Source: Enoplolaimus lenunculus
Lineage: Eukaryota
Length of the DNA stretch: 64,000 nucleotides
Assembly (NCBI GenBank): GCA_030248215.1
Contig: JASANG010000245.1
Location: 310,001 to 374,000 of the forward strand
Direction: 5' to 3'
This document shows positions 1 to 12,439 of this stretch, in pieces (the first letter of the stretch is position 1; the number at the start of each line of letters is the position of its first letter). Under the pieces are notes generated by a model, which was given only the letters and a program-made list of their open reading frames with translations, had not been told where the DNA came from and did not search any database. Both the position numbers and the translations under genes were made by a program.

Positions 1-575
1 ATACGTATATGAATACGCCGCGAAATCGCATGAGAGCTGGATAGCGTCTCTCACATTTCCCAACGAATCCCGGTAAGGAATTCTAAGTGAAGCAGTACCA
101 TATACTGTCTTTTATGAAAATTTTGCTACGGATGTGCGTTGGGGTTTGAATCCAAACATGTCGTTCCGGACCTGCACGTATAGTTACCTATTTTGTTAAC
201 CGTGTTTCGTCATTTCGTACAGTTATTTTGTAATGAATGTATGTGTTATGTTTTGCTGCGCTGTAATATTTTCAATGTGTTAGCAAATTTTCATTTTTTA
301 GCTCTTCTAAGCACGATTTTTTGTAATTATTTCAGTATGGGAGACAAACATTTTAGTCAGGATAATTTTGGTAGCCGACCCCTGTTATCAGCTAGGTGTA
401 TATTTGTTTACAAAACTTATAAGCATCATTGTCGAATTTTCTTAGTGCACTGGGTGAAGCGAAATTTCGAACAATGGATGGTGTTTCGCGAAGCGTTTTA
501 TGTTTTTACTACTTTGAAGTCAAAACAAGGATGTTTGTCCGACGAGAGTCTCAGTCACCGCTGAACCGGTTTTGA
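1..575 (+). CDS. Possible 3' exons of an unidentified upstream gene (partial; exons <1-72, 336-395, 446-575)
   Basis: GTAAGG donor at 73, ATTTCAG acceptor at 335, 50-nt intron 396-445. Phases are consistent (2,2) and give an open frame ...YVYEYAAKSHESWIASLTFPNESRMGDKHFSQDNFGSRPLLSASALGEAKFRTMDGVSR... No homology recognised. Confidence 0.35.
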
Positions 576-1643
576 TAAACTTTTTTTGTTTGAAAGCCAA
601 TTATTTCGAGGCGTTAACGTCGCATTGGGGTTTTAAAATTTTAAGCCGTTTATTAGGTACAGGCTAATTTCGTATAATTGGGAAAGTCGGATTGCCGTTC
701 ACTGGCCATTTCAGGTACGGCATTGCTTTATGATTTCGTCTCAAAACCAGTGTTTAACTATCTGAAAAGTTGTCAGACCGTCAAACGCTTTGAAATATCA
801 GTTATTAGATTTAATAGTCAATGTGTTTGCGAATTTGCAACTCAAAAACATTCTTGTCAAAACTTTTTATTCCTGTAAACTGTACAGTACTGTTTGTTTA
901 CATTTCGGTTCGCTCTTTAATTCTTTGCTTCATCCAGTAGAACGTGGCCTAATTTGCTTATAATATATACATATATATTGTCTCATGTTTATACATGTAA
1001 CATTTATTACAACACCTCGAACGCTGCTCAAAATACGTATGTGGGGCGTTTCAACTTTAATGACAAATATAAAACGTATGTAAGATTGACACGTTTCCTG
1101 TTTGCGAGTCATTTCTCGCAATGAATATTTCTTAAGAAAGTTACATAGAAAACACCAATCAAGGTTATTCCAGCTTTAATTACATTACATATCGGTTGAT
1201 ATGACATTTAAATTGGGTTTTTCGGTAATTCGCAAGCCTGCGTTCGCCCATAATTGGTCGGAGTTTGAAAATTTTTGAATGTTTGAGTTTAAAGTTAATT
1301 TGATATACGCATTCCTTAATTAATGTTTATGTTTTATATATTAAATAAATCTATATATTAAAGCTGGAACACCTCGCATACGTATTTTGGGCAACGTTCC
1401 AGAAGATTTGTATATCCATATGCAAATTTGCTTCTATTTTGTTATTTTTTTCAATTGTCAATCAAGTTTCAAGGCTTAGGTGTAGACTTGTTTGAACAAA
1501 TCTTTCTAAACAAATGTCAAGAAAGTTGCACATATATGCAACTATGGATTACTAGTAAAATTTATTAGAAACAAACAAACATATATACGTAATAATTATA
1601 TATACTTAGATGTGAGTAATGCATATTGTATATAATGTAACTA

Positions 1644-4600
1644 ATGGCTTGGACAGCACACAAATCTGAAGACGAACTTCGAGAGCACGAATGCTCTGAT
1701 GTAGAACTCGATGCAGCTGCTGAGCGCCTTGTAAGATGGATGCGTCGCTCGGAGCATACGGTTTTCTTTACCGGTTAGTAAGCTAAATTGTATACAGGAG
1801 TGTGACCAAGTTGGTGCTTTGGGGGGTGGGATTGTGTTTCTATCTCGACTGTTTCCAATTTATGAACAAAAAATTTATTTTATGTGCCATTTTAATTTAG
1901 CGATCAAATATTTTTAGCAAACCCAGACCCAGTGCTAGAGCAGCCACCATGCGTACCCCCATTTGGGAGGCACTCCATTGAGGGGTCCCCACCGTGAACA
2001 AGATTTTAAACAAATGTGAAAAATAGTTTGATCATGTTTAGGGGCGTTCACCCCTGAATTTTGGGGGCCCCACTATAGGCTACTCTGGCACTGCCCAGAC
2101 AGACAAATTAATATAGCGCAAGCGGAAGATTTACGATCATTATACTCCAGCCAGATCACACTAATTTTATATTGTGACTACTCAGCTGCAGGGTTCGGCC
2201 GGATATCCGGTTCCGGTTTAATATCCGGGAAAAAATGATATCCGGTATAAACCTGCCGGATACAGGATATTTACGGTTGCGGTGCTGGTTATTACAAAAT
2301 TGCTTTTCACAAATGAGCGTCTTTAACATCGTACTGCAATGCATTTCTGGGCAAGTCAAAAAGTTCAAGTTTTAATACGTTTCAGCTACTTTTAACTTAT
2401 TTACTCGAGCACAAGAGTTAAAAACTCATTTTTGCATAAAATGTCGGTAGTATTTGAGTTATGCAAAAGTATTTTTGTATATACTAAATTTAATTAATTT
2501 TTAATTAGGATTTGTCATTTTACCTCAGTGTCAAAGACTTAAGCTTCTTGGCAGGCGCAGCAAAATGTTTTGTATTTCCGCATCTAAAACGCAATTATAT
2601 ATATGTTATTCGGAACCACAACCGCAAATATCCGGTATCCGTAAGGTTTGTATCAGATACGTACCGGTACAAGATACGGGTGTTTGGTTTCTTACCGGAT
2701 ATTAAACCGGAAGCGGATATCCGGTCGATTTTTGACCGGAAGTGGGGGATTACTGGTAAGGTTGCAGTGTTTATTAGCGCAGTAACTAGCCACGCGTACA
2801 ACCACATACAGATCGAGGAGAGCAGGTTCATAAAATTCGAAGTGGAGTTTTTGGTGGGTTTTTATAATTTGATTGAATTTTTTTCAAAAACAATGATTGT
2901 TTCAAGTACGGTTCAAACTTTATATTGAAGAACGGCAGGGATTTGACGTTTGAGACAATGTCAAGAATGATTCTCACTAGCAAACAAAACAATGACAATG
3001 AATGTAGCAAAAATACACTATCATCATGTCCGTATTTCGTTCGTCCAACCTGATGATAAGCTGTGACTATTTCGAGCTTTTTCAGCTAACTGCAATCCCG
3101 TTCGTAGTGTTATTTTTCAGGCGCAGGCATCAGTACGTCGGCAGGCATTCCAGACTTTCGAGGTCCGAATGGCGTTTGGACGTTGCGGGCTCAAGGCAAA
3201 GAAACAGCGTCGCGAACATGCCCGACAAAGGCAATCCCGACACCAAGTCATCGAGCATTGGTTGCGCTTGAACAGAACGGCTTTGTCCAATATTTGGTGT
3301 CGCAAAATGTTGACGGCATTCATTTGAGAAGCGGGTTCCCGGCTAAAGTAAGCCAGCGCAGTTATAGATTTAATTTTATTGCGTTTAGATGCTATGTAAT
3401 GTCGGCGGAAACTAAGAAATTTTTAGTATATACGTACGTTAGCGTTCATTCCTGTACTGTTGACGCGTGTATTTATTGCCTATGTGCTTGTAAAACAACT
3501 AAGGTAATTAAATGTATAAAGTAATTTGGTAATTTGTTACGGTCATCCTTGGATGGCAGTTGAAAGCACTAATAATTCACTGTGAACTAAAATACACGTC
3601 CCAACTGAGCATATCTGACTAAACGCTGGTTAGTAGTCGTCTGATTAATTGTTGCCGCTTGTACTGCGTTGTGACGAATTGGGTTTCAGCGGCACTCTGC
3701 TATATTTAGTTTAGCGATAAGTTTTAGCGAACTACGCTCAAGTGTATAGTTTGTAAATATTTGCAATATAATGTTACATTATGTCGATTGTAAAAATCAG
3801 TCGGCGAACGTTTGGGTGCACATTACGAGTTGAATTTGTGCGGAAAGTTTCGAGTACCGACGACGCGTTTGTTGAATTTTTTAGAAATTAGCCGAATTGC
3901 ACGGAAACACAAACCTCGAATACTGCAAAGATTGCAAGCGTCAGTATCTTCGCGAATTTTCGTGTCGACGAAGAGGTTTGCGAACCACCGATCATGAAAC
4001 AGGTACGTATATTAGATTTTGGTTTAAGCATAACCGTTGTTCAAGTTTGACATTTTGCGAGCCCAATTTCAGGTGGATAGAGCGTTTTCGGAAGTTACTA
4101 GTCCACGGATTCAACCAATGGTGTGATGGTGGAAGGTTATTAGAAAGCCGTTGTGATAAAAACCACGGGAATATACATTACGTAATGTTTTGATTGTACA
4201 ATTTTTGTTTCGTTGGCGTACGTATAGCTGTAGTTGTTGCTTAATCACAGCAGAGTCAAAAATTTATGCATAAAATACAGCGGATTATAGAGTCTATATG
4301 AACAAATAAAAATGACTTTCGACAAGCACACAGTGTTTGGATTATACTACTTATACTCAGTAAACAAACTGCACTCGCAGAATATGTTCATAATACTGAT
4401 TACTAAGCTCAGATTTCAGGTAGAAAATGTATTTGTGGCGCGCCATTATACGATACAATAATCAATTTTGGTGAAAACTTACCTGAACAAGCGTTGTCAG
4501 ACGGATTTAAACACAGCGAACGTTCAGAGCTGTTTGTTGTTCTTGGTTCATCGCTAACTGTAACACCGGCAGCTGATATGCCGCATGACGCAGCGCGTGC

Positions 4601-5772
4601 CGGCGCCAAACTGGTCATTGCAAATTTGCAGAAAACACCGCTTGATCATATGGCTGCGTTGCGAATTTTTGCCAAATGTGATTCGTTAATGGAGTACGTT
4701 TTTTGAGATTGTGGTTATAAACCGGTGGGTGTTCATTAGTGATGTGTTTCAATTTTCAGAACATGAATTGTAGCGCTTGCTTGTTGAAATTGATGTGCAA
4801 TGATTTCGTTCCGGTAATAATATGGTTAGTGCTTTTTTTAACCTAAGCCTAAGCACTAATCCTGTGCCAAGCCAGTGTGGGAAGACTGTAGAAGAACATA
4901 TATTTTGAAGTGAATTTTGTATTTTAGGAGCGTGATGAATAAACTGAACATTGACATTCCTGACTGGTATGTGGCAAGAAAGTTCCGTGTGATTCAAAGC
5001 TTTGGTGAAACTTCGCGTGACAGATATTCACTTCAAATCAAGTCAACCAAAAGTGGACAAATTGTTCCAGTTATTGATAAAGTTACGGTATGTATTTTCA
5101 GGTGTTGCGTATTGGAATAATTATATTTATTGTTTTTTGAGAAAATTTGCTTATGATATCTTAAAACTTGTGATTAATTTGTTTGTATTCAATTTTACGT
5201 AGTGAATGTTGCGTTTTTTGTTTCAAAAAGTTGTTTCTTGATGTTACAAAATCAACATTAGAGAAACTAATTTTATTGTGGAAATGCTGCTGATTTTGTG
5301 TAAATTTTGAAATTTATGGAAAATTTGAGCCGCGCAGGGTACAGTCTTAGAAGGTTGCTTATCGAAACTTTTACCTTTCTTTACTGCTGTATTCAAATTC
5401 GTATATTATAATTGCAATTTGTTTGCGAATTTAAAATTTAGTAGCATATGAATAGTATTAATTTAGGTTTCGCCAAACACTCCACAAAGAAGAACCAGCA
5501 AATCGCATTCCAATATTTCAAGCAACGACCGCAACCAGCCGGTGGCGACTCAAACGTTGGAAGCACCACCGTTCGAGTTTGAGCTTAGCCGTGGAACCAA
5601 ACGAGGCGATATATTCAGTGTGGATATTCATTGGCGTAGCGTATATGGTGAACCGCGTGTTTCGATTGATGTTATCATTGACAATGAAGACTATCAACGA
5701 TGGGATTACGAACTTCATTATAACCCGATCACAGGCGATATGACTGGTGGATTGTTGGAAGATGAAGGATAA
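1644..5772 (+). CDS. NAD-dependent deacylase, class IV sirtuin (SIRT6/SIRT7-like), 6 exons, 404 aa
   Basis: Exons 1644-1773, 3121-3347, 3885-4002, 4420-4693, 4928-5087, 5467-5772; all GT-AG and in phase (1215 nt). Motifs [45 protein letters not shown]...[33 protein letters not shown]. Confidence 0.95.
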
Positions 5773-8687
5773 CCTACAGAATATTTGGACCAATATCATT
5801 TGTTGGTGGCGTATAAGTAGTTATGTAAGTATATTTCTATACCTACGTCATAAGCCAAAGCCTAGGGCCGCGGCATAAGGATATATCTAAAACTAAGCCT
5901 AACTTAATCAAAGAACAGTCTAATGGTTTAAGTCTACTTGCAGTCGCGTTGGAGAACGATACGCACCTTTAAACGACATGGACCGGAATGAATTTTTTTG
6001 ATACTTTTTTTACAAAAATAAAATGTAGTCACCGCACAAAAAGTCATCGATGTAATTAGAATTTTAATATACAGGGAATCGTATGGTTGATGGAGAAATT
6101 TAAAATTACACTGCTAAAGCTTAGGTTGTTTTGAAGCTTCCTAAACTTCCTGCTTTGTTGCAGCTAATTTTCCATTGGCAAAGTAAGCTTACTGTAATTT
6201 TGAGTTAGGAACAAAGATCGCGAATTTTGCTGCTGAATGTTTTGTGCTGATTGTTTATGATTGTATCAATTGTATGGCTCCACGACATGCAAGCTCTGGT
6301 AATATTTTGGCTTTCACTTGTGGATCAAATCATATTAGTTTACATAGTTGTCTGAGTGGTTCGTTATTTATGAAAATTGGAACTCGATATACGTTTTGGA
6401 TTGGGGTTAAACACAGTATTTTTATGCACGATAACTATTTGATACGGATTGTGAGATGTCAATACAAGTCATGTTGCTAATTTACGGTGTGTAATATTGA
6501 CTATAAATCGTGTCAAAAATACAAAGCACTTCTCGTGTTTTAAAATTACTAGTCAGTCGATTTTGCGCAATTTGAAAAGGTTAGCGAATGCACGCCATTC
6601 TGCCTGGAAAGTTTTTGTTCACAGAACAGTTACGTTTTTGTTGTAAGAAACTGTTTTAAACAAAGTAATGCTGGAAACTTACTTAAATTACGTATGTGGG
6701 GCATTTCAGTTTTAATTATATAGATATTGGTGCCAAAATAGTGTTTTGATAGGTGGTAAAAAGTCTGTACATAACTACGTTTGTATACGCAAGCCAGTGG
6801 TGAAAGTTGACGTATGAAACGCGAAACCCATAAAACAATGTTTTACACCCCTTATTGCTTGTGTATGTTGGTATGTTACTTGTTGCATTTCATCTCTGGG
6901 TCAACATAATTGTCCATAATGCTATGCTTTATGTATTTTTTGACTCAATTTACTTATGCGACAGGGTACAACCGATGTTGCGGCTCTCTCTGGCAGAAAA
7001 TCTAGCTCCGGCTTCGGTCGCATTTTTCCCGGAAGTGCCGGTAATTTCGGTAGTAAAATTTTTATAGACTTACAAAAATCCTATCATTCGGTGTGTTTGG
7101 CAATTAGTTTTGGGATAATCTTAAGAACAAATTGTTGGTATTTCTTAAAAATAAATCGTAAACTGAAATTTTTGATAACGCTTTATAGTTATTTGTTAAA
7201 ATTAACTAATTAAACATTGTTTAAACTGCCTAATTTCACGTAACCTCCGGGTCTGGCAAGTTTTTGACCTCTGGCTCCGGTTTGTTTTCATTGCGGCATT
7301 TTCTCTTTGTGTACTGTTTTGCAATTTAATAAGTAAATTTCTCTCTTCGTACATCCGGTTGCATCCTGTTATGCGATAACGTTCATTCTTACCTAATTTA
7401 TCGATATAATATTTTATTTGTAAAATGTTTACAGCCAATGTATAGAACAGGGCCGGAATAATAGTATAAGCATATTCCTAAGGTTAAGTTATAGCCTAGG
7501 CAAAAAAGTTAGTCTAAAGCTTAATCCTTTCACTCATAGAGTATACTATGAGCAACTAAATACAATAATGTACGAGCAATGCACACAATGTGAGCAGTGT
7601 TTAACATTTATAACATATATGCGCAGTGCAAAATCTCCACAAACCGTGAGAGCCTACTCGGGCTGGAGCGTCAAGCTGCTATAGCTCAGTGGTCATCGTA
7701 AACGCCTCCCACCCGTGGGACTGGGGATCGGATCTTACCTTGAAATTACATCTTATATGAACTTGAAAATGTTCATGTGAGAAAGGGTTAAACTGACTCT
7801 ATTACAGCCCGCCGGAAAACGATCTGGCCCTGTTCTATACATGGGCCAATGTTATTTATTTCGTGCTACAATAACTTCAGCTAGATTAAGTAGTGACTAC
7901 ATTAAACGGTTTGATTTAAATTACCGTCTTGTGATGGTCGTTTGCGAACTAACTAGTTTTATTAATCCAAGAAATCTTATTTTTAAAACAAATGAATTTA
8001 CACTTACAGAATATAGCAGGTGTAAACGGATAGTAAAAATAACGGAAACGGATACTGTTGAAATATAAAAGTTTCAAAAATCTTTTATTTTTCTGCTAAC
8101 ACAATTGAAGCCTGCATATTATATACACAGGTTTTTCAAAAATTCGAAAGCAAAAGTTGAATTTTGTAGTTTTTATTTCATTTCAAACAATTGCAGAATA
8201 TCTGCAATTTTTAACCTAAAAATAACAGAATTTCCGTTATTTCTATAACGAAAATGAAAACGGACGCCGATTTTTATGGAAGCGCAAACAGACATCGATT
8301 GGAATAATTGTGTTTAATTTAATAAACGCTGAAATATTTATGTAATTTCTGTTTTATGCGGAAAGTTTACTGAGTAAACGTTTGCCTCGTGTTCGAAGAC
8401 TTCCACTGTATCCATCAAAAAGTATTCGACCAATGTTACTCTGATTGGCGTCCCGTTTACTCACGGTACGGCAATACACCTGGAGTGCAACGGTGAGCAC
8501 TTGTACGCCTACATTTTGGTTGGGACAGCGGGACAATTTTGAGCGTTTGTTTTTGGAAGGTCGGTTGGGATAGCTTCGGGTCTACTATGATCCCGTTTGG
8601 TCGGTCGAGAGAGCCGGGAAAGTTTCGAGTCTGTTTTCGCTATCACTTGGGCTTAGGGGTACAGACTTATGTTTTTCTTAGGTTTAA
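5200..8687. repeat. Tandem segmental duplication, copy 1 (~3.5 kb)
   Basis: Begins TAGTGAATGTTGCG in sirtuin intron 5 and ends at TTAA 8684-8687; matches 9862-13339 (ORF track shows the same ORFs at offsets of about 4662 to 4651). Confidence 0.97.
7525..7787 (+). mobile_element. piggyBac-type MITE (diverged subfamily) with tRNA-like core, nested in a GGCC-TIR MITE (~7434-7847)
   Basis: TTAA at 7521-7524 and 7788-7791; right end CATGTGAGAAAGGG as in the other copies; internal TAGCTCAGTGG...CGCCTCCCAC. Confidence 0.8.
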
Positions 8688-9861
8688 CCCTTTCATGCAC
8701 ATATTATATAAAAGTTGTTTCAAAATGATAAAAATGATTTCTAGGTAACAAAATATGCTTGTTAAGATAATAAAACTCTCAAACCCGTAATTCATTAAAA
8801 TTTTTCATAAATTTGCTGGTGTCCTCAACTGAGGACATTGTGCAAACACTGTAGCAAATTAATGCCTCACAGTGGAGTGAATGTATGCAAAATTTAGCTA
8901 TTAAAACTGTTCTATTTGCTCAGTAAATTGGAAATGGCATGTTTATTCCAGAAAGAAAACATTTCAATGCATGACACGTAACGCGGCCAACAGATTATTA
9001 GTCGCAGTGTATGAGTTCCGTGTCATAATAAAACGTGGTACACAAAATTTGTATAACTATTCTGACGATCATCTGCACTATTGTTAAGCTTTATGAAAAG
9101 CAATCATACAATCCGTACACACATGAATATTATGATTGGCAGCTTCACTGCATTGCTCGCAAATGCGCCTTGTTTTTCTCCGACACCCGTTGGCACGACA
9201 CCTACCCGCGTATTTACCACTAGTTGCTACAGAACCATGAGTCCCAGTTTGTCGAACGATCATCGGAACAGCAATTGTTGATGGGTGCTTCTTCGGAGGC
9301 GGCGCAGCATTGTTTACATCGCCGGTGCGGGGTCGACCAGCGCTGCGACGTCGAGCTGAACCTTTTATAATAAGAGCGTATGCAATTGACGACCGAAACT
9401 CTAACAGGTCATACTTTAGCGCCTGTTCTTTTTTGAACGTTAAGCGATAAGCTAGCCATGCGTTAGCACACGCTAAATTGAAAAAATGCCAAAATACCCG
9501 GTGATACCTCCACAGGTTTGCATAAACGCATTACAAGATCACCAGTGCAGCCCAAATCCGCCGATTTTTCCTTAACCGTCCCTGCATAAACTTCAAAATC
9601 ATAAACATAGCCAGATACCCCGGCTCGCACCCAGACCTTAAACCCCCATTTTTGAGGCTTCGATGGAAGATACTGCTTTAAATGGTGGCGGCCTTTAAAC
9701 GGAACCAACATTTCATCAATGGATTGATGTGATTCAGGGCCAACCAACTCACTGAACACTTCCTTTAGTCGATTTAAAACACCACTAATCCGCCATAATG
9801 AGTCTTTACCCGAAGATTGATGCCCGAAATGTAAAAATGATCCGATAGTTTCAAATTCTCT
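8688..9861 (-). mobile_element. piggyBac DNA transposon remnant (3' end only; 5' truncated, internally deleted)
   Basis: TTAA|CCCTTTCATGCAC terminus at 8684-8700; the orthologous TTAA in copy 2 (13336-13339) is empty; transposase fragments lie inside. Confidence 0.92.
9084..9861 (-). pseudogene. piggyBac (PGBD-type) transposase fragments
   Basis: SIDEMLVPFKGRHHLKQYLPSKPQKWGFKVW...GYVYDFEVYAG, then a frame change near 9510 into VFWHFFNLACANAWLAY...LLEFRSSIAYALI and a C-terminal Cys-rich domain RCRANGCRRKTRRICEQC...HVCTDCMIAFH, stop at 9084-9086. Confidence 0.93.
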
Positions 9862-10128
9862 TAGTGAATGTTGCGTTTTTTGTTTCAAAAAGTTGTTTCT
9901 TGATGTTACAAAATCAACATTAGAGAAACTAATTTTATTGTGGAAATGCTGCTGATTTTGTGTAAATTTTGAAATTTATGGAAAATTTGAGCCGCGCAGG
10001 GTACAGTCTTAGAAGGTTGCTTATCGAAACTTTTACCTTTCTTTACTGCTGTATTCAAATTCGTATATTATAATTGCAATTTGTTTGCGAATTTAAAATT
10101 TAGTAGCATATGAATAGTATTAATTTAG

Positions 10129-10434
10129 GTTTCGCCAAACACTCCACAAAGAAGAACCAGCAAATCGCATTCCAATATTTCAAGCAACGACCGCAACCAG
10201 CCGGTGGCGACTCAAACGTTGGAAGCACCACCGTTCGAGTTTGAGCTTAGCCGTGGAACCAAACGAGGCGATATATTCAGTGTGGATATTCATTGGCGTA
10301 GCGTATATGGTGAACCGCGTGTTTCGATTGATGTTATCATTGACAATGAAGACTATCAACGATGGGATTACGAACTTCATTATAACCCGATCACAGGCGA
10401 TATGACTGGTGGATTGTTGGAAGATGAAGGATAA
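10129..10434 (+). pseudogene. Duplicated terminal exon (exon 6) of the sirtuin gene, with intact acceptor and 3' flank
   Basis: Identical to 5467-5772, including the ATTTAG acceptor and TAA stop. Confidence 0.9.
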
Positions 10435-12175
10435 CCTACAGAATATTTGGACCAATATCATTTGTTGGTGGCGTATAAGTAGTTATGTAAGTATATTTCT
10501 ATACCTACGTCATAAGCCAAAGCCTAGGGCCGCGGCATAAGGATATATCTAAAACTAAGCCTAACTTAATCAAAGAACAGTCTAATGGTTTAAGTCTACT
10601 TGCAGTCGCGTTGGAGAACGATACGCACCTTTAAACGACATGGACCGGAATGAATTTTTTTGATACTTTTTTTACAAAAATAAAATGTAGTCACCGCACA
10701 AAAAGTCATCGATGTAATTAGAATTTTAATATACAGGGAATCGTATGGTTGATGGAGAAATTTAAAATTACACTGCTAAAGCTTAGGTTGTTTTGAAGCT
10801 TCCTAAACTTCCTGCTTTGTTGCAGCTAATTTTCCATTGGCAAAGTAAGCTTACTGTAATTTTGAGTTAGGAACAAAGATCGCGAATTTTGCTGCTGAAT
10901 GTTTTGTGCTGATTGTTTATGATTGTATCAATTGTATGGCTCCACGACATGCAAGCTCTGGTAATATTTTGGCTTTCACTTGTGGATCAAATCATATTAG
11001 TTTACATAGTTGTCTGAGTGGTTCGTTATTTATGAAAATTGGAACTCGATATACGTTTTGGATTGGGGTTAAACACAGTATTTTTATGCACGATAACTAT
11101 TTGATACGGATTGTGAGATGTCAATACAAGTCATGTTGCTAATTTACGGTGTGTAATATTGACTATAAATCGTGTCAAAAATACAAAGCACTTCTCGTGT
11201 TTTAAAATTACTAGTCAGTCGATTTTGCGCAATTTGAAAAGGTTAGCGAATGCTGCCTGCAAAGTTTCTGTTCACAGAACAGTTACGTTTTTGTTGTAAG
11301 AAACTGTTTTAAACAAAGTAATGCTGGAAAGTTACTTAAATTACGTATGTGGGGCATTTCAGTTTTAATTATAGATATTGGTGCCAAAATAGTGTTTTGA
11401 TAGGTGGTAAAAAGTCTGTACATAACTACGTTTGTATACGCAAGCCAGTGGTGAAAGTTGACGTATGAAACGCGAAACCCATAAAACAATGTTTTACACC
11501 CCTTATTGCTTGTGTATGTTGGTATGTTACTTGTTGCATTTCATCTCTGGGTCAACATAATTGTCCATAATGCTATGCATTATGTATTTTTTGACTCAAT
11601 TTACTTATGCGACAGGGTACAACTGATGTTGCGGCTCTCTCTGGCAGAAAATCTAGCTCCGGCTTCGGTCGCATTTTTCCCGGAAGTGCCGGTAATTTCG
11701 GTAGTAAAATTTTTATAGACTTACAAAAATTGTATCATTCGGTGTGTTTGGCAATTAGTTTTGGGATAATCTTAAGAACAAATTGTTGGTATTTCGTAAA
11801 AATAAATCTTAAACTGAAATTTTTGATAACGCTTTATAGTTATTTGTTAAAATTAACTAATTAAACATTGTTTAAACTGCCTAATTTCACGTAACCTCCG
11901 GGTCTGGCAAGTTTTTGACCTCTGGCTCCGGTTTGTTTTCATTGCGGCATTTTCTCTTTGTGTACTGTTTTGCAATTTAATAAGTAAATTTCTCTTTTCG
12001 TACATCCGGTTGCATCCTGTTATGCGGTAACGTTCATTTTTGACTAATTTATCGATATAATATTTTATTTGTAAAATGTTTACAGCCAATGTATAGAACA
12101 GGGCCGGAATAATAGTATAAGCATATTCCTAAGGTTAAGTTATAGCCTAGGCAAAAAAGTTAGTCTAAAGCTTAA

Positions 12176-12439
12176 TCCTTTCACTCATAGAGTATACTAT
12201 GAGCAACTAAATACAATAATGTACGAGCAATGCACACAATGTGAGCAGTGTTTAACATTTATAACATATAGGCGCAGTGCAAAAATCTCCACAAGCCGTG
12301 AGAGCCTACTCGGGCTGGAGCGTCAAGCTCCTATAGCTCAGTGGTCATCGTAAACGCCTCCCACCCGTGAGACTGGGGATCGAATCTTGCCTTGAAATTA
12401 CATCTTATATGAACTTGAAAATGTTCATGTGAGAAAGGG
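12176..12439 (+). mobile_element. piggyBac-type MITE with tRNA-like core (duplicate of 7525-7787)
   Basis: TTAA at 12172-12175 and 12440-12443. Confidence 0.8.
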
